64,000 bases of DNA from the NCBI GenBank assembly GCA_965203905.1, contig CBDBDQ010000005.1, forward strand, positions 2,528,001 to 2,592,000, read 5' to 3'. The translations under genes and the position numbers were made by a program. The notes below the pieces were generated by a model that saw only the letters and a program-made list of their open reading frames with translations, was not told the DNA's origin and made no database searches. The stretch comes from Spirochaetia bacterium (lineage in GTDB: Bacteria; Spirochaetota; Spirochaetia; SZUA-6; Bin103). Positions within the stretch are counted from its first letter, which is position 1. The number at the start of each line of letters is the position of its first letter. Positions 55,334 through 64,000 of the stretch are shown here, one piece after another.

Positions 55334-57112
55334 ATGCTGCTGGCCGAGCCGCTGCCGCGCCGGATCCTCGCGTGGCGACTGAAGGGTGCCGGGTTCGAGC
55401 ACCTGGGCGCCGACGGTGGTCCGGACGAGGTGCCGTTTCCCGCCTACGACGAGGGTGACGTCATCGGTCGCGTGGAGGCGGTCGGCATCTGCTACTCCGA
55501 CGCCAAGCTGGTGCACGCCGGCGGCTCCCACCCGCGCCTGCGCGGGCGCGACCTGGCGGCGGCGCCGGTGACTCCCGGGCACGAAGTGACGCTCACAATG
55601 GTGGGGGTGGGTGAGCGCCGCCGCGGCCAGGTGCGGCTCGGCGCCCGCTACATCCTGCAGCCGGACGTGTACTACCGGGGCCGCACCCTGGCGGTAGGCT
55701 ACCAGCTCCCCGGAGCGCTGGCGCAGTACGTGGTCCTGGGACGCGAGGTGCTGGACGGCGACGAAGGATGTTACCTGGTGCCCCTCCCGGAGCAGGTCGG
55801 CAGCGTGGAAGGTGCGCTGGTCGAGCCGTGGACCTGCGTGCTGGCGGCGTACCAGATCGCCGCCCGCACCCACCTGCGCAGCGGCGGCACGCTGCGCCTG
55901 TACGGGTTCGCCGGGCAGCCGGCACTCGACCTGGCCGGCAGCACCTTCGGTGCCGTACCGGAACGGCTGGGAGTACCGGTGCCGCCCGCCGACCCGGCCG
56001 CGCCGCCGCCCCGGCAGGTCATCGCCAGCGGGCTGAGCCGCGCCAACCGCGAGGCACTGGAGGCCTGGGCCGACGCGCGGGGCGTGCCGGTCGTGTGGCA
56101 GGACGGCGCGCCACCGCGCGGCGCCGACGACGTGGTGGTCGCCGGTATCCCTGCTCCCGCGGACTGGATGGCGCGGCTGTTCGCGGCGCTGCCGCGGCAC
56201 GCGGTCGTGAGCCTGCACCTGCAGCCCGGTTTCACCACCGCCACGACGCTGGCGTGCGACATCGGCCGCATCCATTACCAGGGGATCCGCCTGGTGGGGC
56301 GTTGCGACGGCAACGTGGCGGCCGCCTACGCCGCTGCCACGCGCCGGGAGTTGGCGCCGGGCGGCCGCGCCTGGTTCGTCGGCGGCGCCGGGCCCATGGG
56401 ACAGATGCACGTGCTCCACGCCCTGGCACGGCAGCGACCGCCGGCCACGGTGGTGGTCACCGATCGGTCGCCGGTGCGGTTGCAGGCGCTGGGCGAGCGG
56501 GCGGCGGCGCTGGGACTGCGGGCACCCGTTCTGCTGCCGGTGGGCGGGGCGCGGCCGCCGGTCGACGCCGAGTTGCGGCGGCTGGCACCGGACGGCTTCG
56601 ACGACGTGGTGCTGCTGGCGCCCTCCGCCGCGGCCGCGGAGCACGCGGCCCGGTTCCTGGGCGCGGCCGGCTACCTGAACGTGTTCGCCGGGGTGGCGGA
56701 GGGCAGCGTTGCGCACCTCCCGCTGTGCTCGATTGCCGCCGGGGCACGGGTCGCCGGGACCACCGGCTCGCCGCTGGCCGCCACCGTGCAGACCCTGGAC
56801 CTGGTGGCCGCGGGCGCACTGCGTCCCGGCATGGTCCTGGGCGCACTGGCCGACCTCGGGCACGGGCGCGCGGCGGTGGAAGCGGTGGCGGAGGGGCGCA
56901 TCGCGGGCAAGTTGGTGCTGCTGCCCTTCGCCCGCGAGCTGGGTCTGCAGACCCTCGATGCCCTGGCCGCCGGGAACCCCGCCTGGCGCCGTGCGCTGGC
57001 CGGCGGCCGTCACTGGTCGCGCGCCGCCGAGCGGTTGTGCGCGGCGGACCAGGGCTACCCGGCCGGCGGCACGGCCTCGCAGCCGGCGGCCGGACAGGCA
57101 CCGGCTTCGTAG
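55334..57112 (+). CDS. Enlarged Zn-dependent MDR dehydrogenase (L-sorbose-1-phosphate reductase-like)
   Basis: GICYSDAK, PGHE, QPDVY, LVEPWTC, Rossmann GGAGPMG, GFDDVV, NVFAG. Confidence 0.75.
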   Translation: MLLAEPLPRRILAWRLKGAGFEHLGADGGPDEVPFPAYDEGDVIGRVEAVGICYSDAKLVHAGGSHPRLRGRDLAAAPVTPGHEVTLTMVGVGERRRGQVRLGARYILQPDVYYRGRTLAVGYQLPGALAQYVVLGREVLDGDEGCYLVPLPEQVGSVEGALVEPWTCVLAAYQIAARTHLRSGGTLRLYGFAGQPALDLAGSTFGAVPERLGVPVPPADPAAPPPRQVIASGLSRANREALEAWADARGVPVVWQDGAPPRGADDVVVAGIPAPADWMARLFAALPRHAVVSLHLQPGFTTATTLACDIGRIHYQGIRLVGRCDGNVAAAYAAATRRELAPGGRAWFVGGAGPMGQMHVLHALARQRPPATVVVTDRSPVRLQALGERAAALGLRAPVLLPVGGARPPVDAELRRLAPDGFDDVVLLAPSAAAAEHAARFLGAAGYLNVFAGVAEGSVAHLPLCSIAAGARVAGTTGSPLAATVQTLDLVAAGALRPGMVLGALADLGHGRAAVEAVAEGRIAGKLVLLPFARELGLQTLDALAAGNPAWRRALAGGRHWSRAAERLCAADQGYPAGGTASQPAAGQAPAS

Positions 57113-57477
57113 CGTGCGGTGGCCGCGGCGTCGAAGCCGAGCGTCACACCCGGCGGCAGGCGCCGGCCGCACCACCGGCAGTGCAGGGGAAACACCCGCA
57201 GCCGGCGGCGCAGGGCAAACGTGACCGCGGCGGCGCCCGCGAGGAGCGGTGCAGCAGTCCAGTCCGGGCTCCGCAGCCGCTCCAGCAACAGGACCGCGAC
57301 CCAGGTACCAAGGACCACCCCGGCCAGGAGCAGAGTAGCGACCCGTCGGGCGTCGCCGGGACTCGAGTGGGTGCCATCTGGCGCCGGCCGCGTCCTGGTG
57401 AGACCGCGTTGCAGCAGGTTGACGACCAGTACCGCAATCAGCAGGAACGGCAGTACGCGGGCAAGGATCTCCAGCAT
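57055..57477 (-). CDS. Small membrane protein with C-terminal Cys cluster
   Basis: Three hydrophobic segments, then HCRWC and CPAAGC; co-oriented 15 nt after the glycosyltransferase stop. Confidence 0.65.
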   Translation of the reverse strand: MLEILARVLPFLLIAVLVVNLLQRGLTRTRPAPDGTHSSPGDARRVATLLLAGVVLGTWVAVLLLERLRSPDWTAAPLLAGAAAVTFALRRRLRVFPLHCRWCGRRLPPGVTLGFDAAATARYEAGACPAAGCEAVPPAG

Positions 57478-57492
57478 CGTGCGGGAGCCGAA

Positions 57493-59052
57493 TCAGCTCT
57501 CCATCAGCAGTCGCAGCGTGGCGGGGCCGGCGAAGAACCGGCGTACCGCCTCCGGCTGCACGGTCACATCGGGGGTGGCCGCTGGCGCGCCAGTCCGACC
57601 GACTCCTAGCGCGGCGGCGACCCGTCGGGCGAACGCGGCTTCTCCGAACAGCTCGTCGATCTGCCGGTCGCGGGCCGGGGGTTGTGCCGGTGCGGTCCGC
57701 AGTGCCGCCAGCAGCGGCGCGTTGGCCTGCTGCAGCTCGCGCAGCAGCCCGCGATCGCCGGCGCGGCGCAGCAGGTCCGCCTGCCCCGCCACCCCGAGGA
57801 ACGCGAAGTCGACGCGGTCCCGGCTCAGGACCCGTTCCATCTCGGCGCGCAACCGGTCTTCCCAACCGGCCGGAAGCAGGTGTGCGGCGCGCTCGATGCC
57901 GCGGCCGTACGCCTCGCGGAGCGCGCCGCGCGCAGCGGCCGGCAACGGACACTGCACCGCGTCGTAGATGGTTGCCGGATAGCCCTCCAGCAGCGTGGCA
58001 AGGTCGTCGAGCACCGGCAGGCGCCGCGCCAGCAACGGCCGCCGCCACTGCAGGGCGTTGACGAACTGAAACCCGAAACCCTCCTCGACGGACGGTGACA
58101 CGATGCGCTGTGCCGCCGTCAGCAGCGTCTCGAAGCTCAGCCCGCACGCCTCCAGCCGCTCGCCGACCCCGAACAGGCCCGGGATCGTCCCGTCGGCGAA
58201 CAGCTCCTCGACCTGGCGCGAGTAGGGTGTCTCGGCGGCGGAGGAGGCGGGCAGCGTAACGATCAGGTCGGCACCGGCCAGGCGCGCCAGCAGTCCCGCC
58301 TCCAGCACGTTCTTGCGCCGGCGCACGCGTACCGGGTACAGCCACAGCGGGCGGCGCGCAGCGTAGCTGCCGCTGCCGAGTGATTGCGCCGCGGCGGCGC
58401 GCGCCAGAGCGGCGCGGGCGGCCTGAGCCGGCGCCGTGTCTGGTGCCGGCAGCGGCGCTACCGGCCGCACCGGATTGGCCAACAGCACGACGCGTTCGGC
58501 AGCCAGCCCGGTGGCGGCCAGGGCCGCGTGGTCGCGGCTGTTCAACACCGCGAAGCGAACGTTGGCGGTGGCCGGGTAGGGCGAGGCTGGAACCTCGCGC
58601 AACAGGCGCTGCAGGTTGGCCGGGCGGGCGCACTCGGGGAAGTCGTGGATCTGCAGCAGCATCGGTTGGCCGGCCGCGGCTGCCGCCAGCACCGCTCCCG
58701 TGAAGCGGGTGTTCTTGGCCAGGTGGTGGTTGTGCACCCACCACACGCCGTCCCCGTAGCGCCGTCGCAGCAGGTCGGCGAGCTGCCGCTGCTCGAGCGC
58801 CGTGGCAGGGGCGGTGTCGTAGCCGACCGCCTCCAGTCGTTCGTGGTTGACCCGGGGAACGCCGGCGGCGCGCGTGTCCGGACCCGGCAGCACGCCGTCC
58901 GCCGGTCCCGCGGTGACCACCGTGATCCGGCGCAGGGCGGGAAACAACGCGGCATGCGCCAGCAGGGCGCGCAGTCCATCGCGGATTACCGTGGTCACGC
59001 CACCCGGAAGGAGGTGGTAATGGAAGATATACAGGTGCCGGAGCGGCTGCAC
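57493..59052 (-). CDS. GT-B fold glycosyltransferase (GT4-like)
   Basis: IFHYHLLPGGVTTVI, HNHHLAKN, IHDFPE, YPVRVRRRKN, SPSVEEGFG. Start reassigned to GTG 59052. Confidence 0.78.
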   Translation of the reverse strand: MQPLRHLYIFHYHLLPGGVTTVIRDGLRALLAHAALFPALRRITVVTAGPADGVLPGPDTRAAGVPRVNHERLEAVGYDTAPATALEQRQLADLLRRRYGDGVWWVHNHHLAKNTRFTGAVLAAAAAGQPMLLQIHDFPECARPANLQRLLREVPASPYPATANVRFAVLNSRDHAALAATGLAAERVVLLANPVRPVAPLPAPDTAPAQAARAALARAAAAQSLGSGSYAARRPLWLYPVRVRRRKNVLEAGLLARLAGADLIVTLPASSAAETPYSRQVEELFADGTIPGLFGVGERLEACGLSFETLLTAAQRIVSPSVEEGFGFQFVNALQWRRPLLARRLPVLDDLATLLEGYPATIYDAVQCPLPAAARGALREAYGRGIERAAHLLPAGWEDRLRAEMERVLSRDRVDFAFLGVAGQADLLRRAGDRGLLRELQQANAPLLAALRTAPAQPPARDRQIDELFGEAAFARRVAAALGVGRTGAPAATPDVTVQPEAVRRFFAGPATLRLLMES

Positions 59053-59086
59053 GGCCAGAATATAAGCGCTGCTTGCCGCTCGCGCC

Positions 59087-60112
59087 ATGGAGTGGCTACA
59101 GTCCGGACACGGTGCGCGCCGCCGCCACCGGGAAGGACGGAGAGTCATCTCGCAACGTCGTATCGTCATTGTCGACAACCGTTTCGTGGCCTACGAGGAA
59201 GAACGCCGGGTGCTTGCGGGCCTCGGCGACATCGTCGTCGCGCGGCTGGAGGACGACGCCGAGATACCGGCCGCGGTGCGCGGCGCCGACGCCGTCATCA
59301 TCAACCTGCAACCCCTCGGTGCCGCCGCGATTGCGCAGATGCACGGCTGCCGGGTGATTTCCCGCTACGGCATCGGCTTCGACAACATCGACCTGCCCGC
59401 GGCGACCGCCGCCGGCATCTGGGTGAGCACCGTTCCCGACTACGGCTGGGAGGATGTCTCCGACCACGCGCTGGCACTGTTCCTGGCCTGCGTGCGCAAG
59501 CTCACCTTTGCCGATGCCGCCGTGCGTGGCGGGCGCTGGGGCGTGCCGCGCAACCGGAAGTCGTACCGCATCCGCGGCAAGGTGTTCGGCCTGGTGGGGT
59601 ACGGGGGCATCGGGCGGGCCCTGTTCCGCAAGCTCGGCGGCCTCGGCCTGGAACGTATCCTGGTGGCCGACCCCTACGTGCCCGACGCCGAAATCGAGGC
59701 GGCAGGCGGTGTACCGGCGGATCTCGACGCCCTCCTGCGCGAGTCCGATTTCGTGTCCCTGCACGTGCCGCTGAGCGCGGCAACCCATCACCTGATCGGG
59801 GCCGACCGGCTCCAGGCGATGCGTCCGAGCGCCATCCTGATCAACACCTCGCGCGGCAGTCTGGTGGATGAAGCCGCGCTGGCGGCGGCGTTGGCGGACG
59901 GCACCATCGCCTACGCGGGGCTCGACGTGTTCGAGGAGGAGCCGCTGCCGGCCACCAGCCCGCTGGTGCGGTTGGACAACGTCATTCTGAGCGACCACGC
60001 CGCCTACTACACGGAAGAGTCGCTGGTGGAACTGAAAACCAAGGCGGCGCGCAACGTGCGCGAGGTGTTCGAGGGGCGGCCGCCGCTGTACCCGGTCAAC
60101 CGGATTGAGTGA
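59087..60112 (+). CDS. D-isomer-specific 2-hydroxyacid dehydrogenase (CtBP/SerA-like)
   Basis: RYGIGFDNID, VPDY, GLVGYGGIG, SLHVPL, INTSRG, LDVFEEEP, HAAYY. Start is uncertain (see findings). Confidence 0.93.
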   Translation: MEWLQSGHGARRRHREGRRVISQRRIVIVDNRFVAYEEERRVLAGLGDIVVARLEDDAEIPAAVRGADAVIINLQPLGAAAIAQMHGCRVISRYGIGFDNIDLPAATAAGIWVSTVPDYGWEDVSDHALALFLACVRKLTFADAAVRGGRWGVPRNRKSYRIRGKVFGLVGYGGIGRALFRKLGGLGLERILVADPYVPDAEIEAAGGVPADLDALLRESDFVSLHVPLSAATHHLIGADRLQAMRPSAILINTSRGSLVDEAALAAALADGTIAYAGLDVFEEEPLPATSPLVRLDNVILSDHAAYYTEESLVELKTKAARNVREVFEGRPPLYPVNRIE

Positions 60113-60211
60113 CGGCAGCCCGGCGAACCGCGGCTAGTCCAAAACCATGTTCAGCAGATGACCAGTGCACCCGTTGCTACGGTCTCTGGCGCTACGGAGT
60201 GCCCGTGCGTA

Positions 60212-63100
60212 CTATTCGGTGGAGCCGGCGGCGGCCGCGTCCTCGGGCCGCAGCACCACGCGCACGTACCGGTCTCGGCGCAGGTAGCGCTGTGCCGCGG
60301 CCGTGATCTGCTCCAGTGTCAGCTCGTCGACGCGCTGTTCGAAGTGGGGGATGACACGGAATTCTTCGCCGCGCTCCACCACCCGCTTGATCTGCGCCAG
60401 CCAGAAGTTGTTCCTCCGCAACTGCTCCTCGCGGGTGGCGCGCAGCAGTTCCTTGGCCCGGTCCAGGTAGCTCTGGTCGACCCCGTCGTTCACCCAGTCC
60501 GCGGTGGCGAACACCTCTTCCAGCAGCTCCTCCGTACGTTCGGGATCGCTGCCGAAGTAGACGTACACCCGATACTCCGGGTCCGGCATCAGGTATGCCG
60601 CGGCGCCGACGCTGATGGAGTAGGTGCTGCCCATCTCCTCCTCGACCCGCTCGCGCACCCGGATCTGGAAGATCTCGCTCAGGGCCGCCAGCGCCATCGC
60701 CTCCGGACGGCTCCACTCCATCTCGCCGGCGTAGACCAGTTGCGTGATGCTGCGTGGCTCGATGCCCATGTGTACGGCACGATCCTCCACCCCCGCCGGT
60801 GGGTCGATTCCCAGGTCCAGCCACCGCTCCTGGCGGCCGGCCGCCGGCAGGGAGGCCAGGTAGGTGGCGGCCAGCGTGCGCAGCCGATCCCATTCGAACG
60901 CCCCGACGATCACGAAGGTGAAGTCGCCGAAGTCCTGGAACCGATCCGCGTAGACCGCGGCGGAGCGTTCCAGGCTCAGCTCTTCCAGCACCTCGAGGGT
61001 GAACGGCCGGGCCCGGAAGTGGTCCTGGCTCAGCGCGCTGCGCACCGTGTCGGCGAACACCGCGTCCGGCTGCGAGCGCCGGTTCTCTATCTGGCTGCGC
61101 AGGCGCGAGGAGTAGGAGGCGAAGAAGGTGGGGTCGAGCCGCGGCTCGATAGCGTACAGCGTGACGAGCTGAAACAGCGTCTCCAGGTCTTCCGGTGAGG
61201 CGTTCCCGGAGAATCCCTCGAACAGCCTGCCGATGTAGGGCTCGGCTTCGGCCGTGTTTCCGGCCAGCAGCTTCTCCAGGGCGACCTTGTCGTGGACGCC
61301 CGCGCCGCTTCCCGCGACGATCGTGGCGGCGGTGATGGCGGCGATGAAGTCGCTGTCCGCCACCAGCGACGTGCCGCCGGGACTGGTGGCCGTGAGCAGC
61401 ACCTCGTCGTTGCGGAAGTCGGTCTGCTTGGCAATCACCGTGACCCCATTGGAGAGGGTCCAGCGCACCGCGTCGATCGACTCCAGCGGTTGCTCGGAGG
61501 TGATGGATCCCGGCTCCGGCAGCTCCGCCAGGAGCGGGATGTCGCTCGCCAGATCCTCGTACGGGGCAACTTCCAGGTCGCCGGCGTTGATCAGCTTGGC
61601 CAGCATCGCCTGCTCGGCCTCCGGACCGGAGGCGACGGCTTCCGGCCCGCTCACCAGGGTCACCGTGCTCTCCAGCGTGCGCCACGGCTGCGCCAGTCGG
61701 TTCACTTCCGGCAGCGTGATCTCGGGCAACAGCCGCTGGTGCAGTTCGTACTCCGCGTCGATCCCGGGCACCGGCTCATGGTCCAGAAAGTGACGGATAT
61801 ACTCCTCGGCCAGCCGCACCGACGGCCGCTGGTCCCGTTCCAGCCAGGTGCTTTCGATGCTGCGCAGCAGGTTGGCCTTCTCGCGCTCCAGCTCGGTCGC
61901 CGTGAACCCGTAGCGCAGGATGCGCTGCATCTCCTCCAGCACGGTGTCCAGCCCGCGTCCGACGCCCTCCTCGTCCAGCCGCGCCGAGGCGTACAGGACC
62001 GAGGTGTTGGCCAGAAACAGCCCGCGTCCGAACCAGGCACCGAGGAACGGCGGGTCGGCCACCTGGGTGCGCTCGAACAGGCGCGCATTGGCCATCATCG
62101 AGAACAGCGACTCCGCCAGCAGTTGCCGGTAGGCGGCCAGGTTCTGGCCGGTCTCCGCGGGCATCTTGACGTAGATCCGCAGCGTGGTGACGCTCAGCTC
62201 CGGATCGGTGTCGATGCTGATCCGCGGCTCGGCATGCGGCGGGAGCGGATACTCGGGACGCACGGTGGGCGTCTGCGGGCGCGCCGCGCGTGCCTGGGTG
62301 GCCGCTCCTTCCGGCGGCGGCGCGAAGTGTTGGCGGATGGTCTCCACCATCTCCGGGCCGTCGAAGTCGCCTACGGCAATCACCGCCATCAGGGCGGGCC
62401 GGTACCAGCGCTCGTAGAAGCCGCGCAGGTCGTCCGGAGTGGCGGCCTCGATCACCTCCGGCAGGCCGATCGGCAGCCGTTCCGAGTAGCGGGAGTCGCC
62501 AAACAGCACCGGGTACTGCAGATCACTGATGCGCGCGGCGGCACCGCGGCGGGTGCGCCACTCCTCCAGCACCACTCCGCGTTCCTTCTCGACTTCCTCG
62601 GGATCGAGGGTCATGGCGTAGGCCCAGTCGCTGAGGATCTGGAACGCGGTCTCGGTCACCTCGGGATCGTCGGTGGGGATCTCGATCTTGTAGACGGTCT
62701 CGTCGAACGAGGTGTAGGCGTTCAGGTCGGGGCCGAACTTGGAGCCGATCGACTCCAGGTACTCCACGAGCTCGTTGCCCGAGAAGCGTTCGGTGCCGTT
62801 GAACGCCATGTGCTCCAGGTAGTGCGCGAGTCCGCGCTCGTGCTCCTCTTCCAGCACCGAGCCGGCGTGCACCGCCAGGCGCAGCTGGGCGCGGTTGCGT
62901 GGCTCGGAGTTCTCCTTGACGTAGTAGGTCAACCCGTTGCTGAGCGTGCCGGTGAGCGCCTCGGGGTCGAACGGCAGGTCGCTTTCCGGGGCCTGGGCCG
63001 AGGCGAGCGAAGCGCCGGCGACGAGTGCCGCGAGCGTGGTGACGAGTCCCGCCCACGGGCGGGCCCGAGCGTGACCGGAACGGGTCGGTTGCGGTTGCAT
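60212..63100 (-). CDS. M16-family zinc metallopeptidase (PqqL-like), exported
   Basis: Signal peptide; LSNGLTYY, GLAHYLEHMAFNGT (HxxEH), NAYTSFDETVY, ERGVVLEEW. Confidence 0.93.
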   Translation of the reverse strand: MQPQPTRSGHARARPWAGLVTTLAALVAGASLASAQAPESDLPFDPEALTGTLSNGLTYYVKENSEPRNRAQLRLAVHAGSVLEEEHERGLAHYLEHMAFNGTERFSGNELVEYLESIGSKFGPDLNAYTSFDETVYKIEIPTDDPEVTETAFQILSDWAYAMTLDPEEVEKERGVVLEEWRTRRGAAARISDLQYPVLFGDSRYSERLPIGLPEVIEAATPDDLRGFYERWYRPALMAVIAVGDFDGPEMVETIRQHFAPPPEGAATQARAARPQTPTVRPEYPLPPHAEPRISIDTDPELSVTTLRIYVKMPAETGQNLAAYRQLLAESLFSMMANARLFERTQVADPPFLGAWFGRGLFLANTSVLYASARLDEEGVGRGLDTVLEEMQRILRYGFTATELEREKANLLRSIESTWLERDQRPSVRLAEEYIRHFLDHEPVPGIDAEYELHQRLLPEITLPEVNRLAQPWRTLESTVTLVSGPEAVASGPEAEQAMLAKLINAGDLEVAPYEDLASDIPLLAELPEPGSITSEQPLESIDAVRWTLSNGVTVIAKQTDFRNDEVLLTATSPGGTSLVADSDFIAAITAATIVAGSGAGVHDKVALEKLLAGNTAEAEPYIGRLFEGFSGNASPEDLETLFQLVTLYAIEPRLDPTFFASYSSRLRSQIENRRSQPDAVFADTVRSALSQDHFRARPFTLEVLEELSLERSAAVYADRFQDFGDFTFVIVGAFEWDRLRTLAATYLASLPAAGRQERWLDLGIDPPAGVEDRAVHMGIEPRSITQLVYAGEMEWSRPEAMALAALSEIFQIRVRERVEEEMGSTYSISVGAAAYLMPDPEYRVYVYFGSDPERTEELLEEVFATADWVNDGVDQSYLDRAKELLRATREEQLRRNNFWLAQIKRVVERGEEFRVIPHFEQRVDELTLEQITAAAQRYLRRDRYVRVVLRPEDAAAAGSTE

Positions 63101-63142
63101 GGAGGAAAAGATACCGGCCGCTTCATGCTATGGTCAGCAGTG

Positions 63143-64000
63143 ATGGCGGAATTTGCGGCTGAGACTGTCGCGGGTGAGCTGCCGGTGGTGGCGATCACGA
63201 TGGGTGATCCCGCCGGGGTAGGGCCGGAGGTGGCGGTCAAGGCGCTGCGCCACGACGTGGTCTGGGAGGCCTGCCGGCCGCTGCTGGTGGGCGATCCCGC
63301 GATCCTGGAGGCCGCGGCCCGCATCTGCGGCAGCCAATGCACGGTGGTGCCGGTGGCGGCTGCGCCGGGAGCCGAGGTGGCGGAGGCGTGGGACCGTGCG
63401 CGCATCAACGTCGTGGCCAGCGGCAGCCTGGATCCGGCCGAGCTGCGCCGCGGCGAGGTGTCGGCGGCGGCGGGCGACGCCGGCTACCGGGCGATCGCCG
63501 GTGCGGTGCGGCTGGCACAGCGGGGACAGGCCGCGGCCACCGTGACGGCGCCGATCCACAAGGAGGCGCTGAACCGCGCCGGTCATCACTTCGCCGGTCA
63601 GACCGAGATCTACGCCCACCTCACCGGCACCCGCGACTACGCGATGCTGCTGATGGCTGGGACCTTGCGCGTGGTGCACGTGTCCACCCACGTGTCGCTG
63701 CGCGAGGCGTGCGCGCGCGTCACCCGCGAACGGGTGGAGAGCGTGATTCGGCTGGCCCACGGTGCCGGGCAGATGCTCGGTTTGCCCCGGCCGCGCATCG
63801 GGGTGGCGGGACTCAACCCCCACGCCGGCGACGGCGGCCTGTTCGGCAGCGAGGAGGCGGACGAGATCATGCCCGCGATCGGCGCGGCGCAGGCCGCCGG
63901 CATCGCGGCGGAGGGACCGCTGCCGGCCGACACCCTGTTCCCGAAGGCCAACGGCGGCTTCTACGACCTGGTGGTGGCCATGTACCACGACCAGGGCCAC
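63143..64000 (+). CDS. pdxA: PdxA-family 4-hydroxythreonine-4-phosphate dehydrogenase (truncated by window end; absent from the ORF track)
   Basis: Manual translation gives AITMGDPAGVGPE, TAPIHKEAL, HVSTHVSL, GLNPHAG, GPLPADT, AMYHDQGH. Confidence 0.93.
   Translation, partial: MAEFAAETVAGELPVVAITMGDPAGVGPEVAVKALRHDVVWEACRPLLVGDPAILEAAARICGSQCTVVPVAAAPGAEVAEAWDRARINVVASGSLDPAELRRGEVSAAAGDAGYRAIAGAVRLAQRGQAAATVTAPIHKEALNRAGHHFAGQTEIYAHLTGTRDYAMLLMAGTLRVVHVSTHVSLREACARVTRERVESVIRLAHGAGQMLGLPRPRIGVAGLNPHAGDGGLFGSEEADEIMPAIGAAQAAGIAAEGPLPADTLFPKANGGFYDLVVAMYHDQGH

Noticed and set aside
55286-58744. 1152-aa minus-strand ORF
   Set aside because: Antisense to the dehydrogenase and out of frame with the glycosyltransferase; a high-GC artefact with no motifs.
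63134-64000. 288-aa minus-strand ORF at the window end
   Set aside because: It is antisense to the plus-strand pdxA frame, which has all the family motifs.

Overview
The window holds about 64 kb of very GC-rich bacterial chromosome, most likely from a spirochaete. That assignment is inferred from 16S motifs, a spacer carrying only tRNA-Ala, a Leptospira-type CimA and spirochaete-style lipoproteins. It opens inside an rRNA operon (3' part of 16S, tRNA-Ala(TGC), 23S, 5S). About 45 mostly housekeeping CDSs follow: a queuosine-precursor transporter, sugar catabolism (FGGY kinase, PHP-domain protein, fucI), an HTH-uppS-doxX module, a bacilliredoxin, System II cytochrome c maturation with tatCBA, panB-panC-coaX-coaBC, cimA-argH-hflX plus a two-component system, gltBD, a SMUG1-type glycosylase, DUF1015, a TMTC-like GT-C/TPR protein, a COG3014-LpoB-CsgG-like operon, mtaB, alaA, dehydrogenases, a glycosyltransferase, an M16 peptidase and a truncated pdxA. 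I saw no transposase, integrase, prophage or CRISPR array. The strongest candidates for undescribed biology are: (1) two tandem paralogous lipoproteins (46.7-52.5 kb) built from an unassigned beta-rich module strung on Ala-rich heptad and hendecad stalks, with a recent ~609-nt internal duplication; (2) a pan-motif-like structured leader with a Shine-Dalgarno (SD)-sequestering helix upstream of the pantothenate-to-CoA operon; (3) a PHP-domain/sugar-kinase pair and an enlarged SorE-like dehydrogenase; (4) a palindrome-controlled UppS module; (5) pervasive leaderless genes. All family assignments come from motif recognition by eye; no searches were run.
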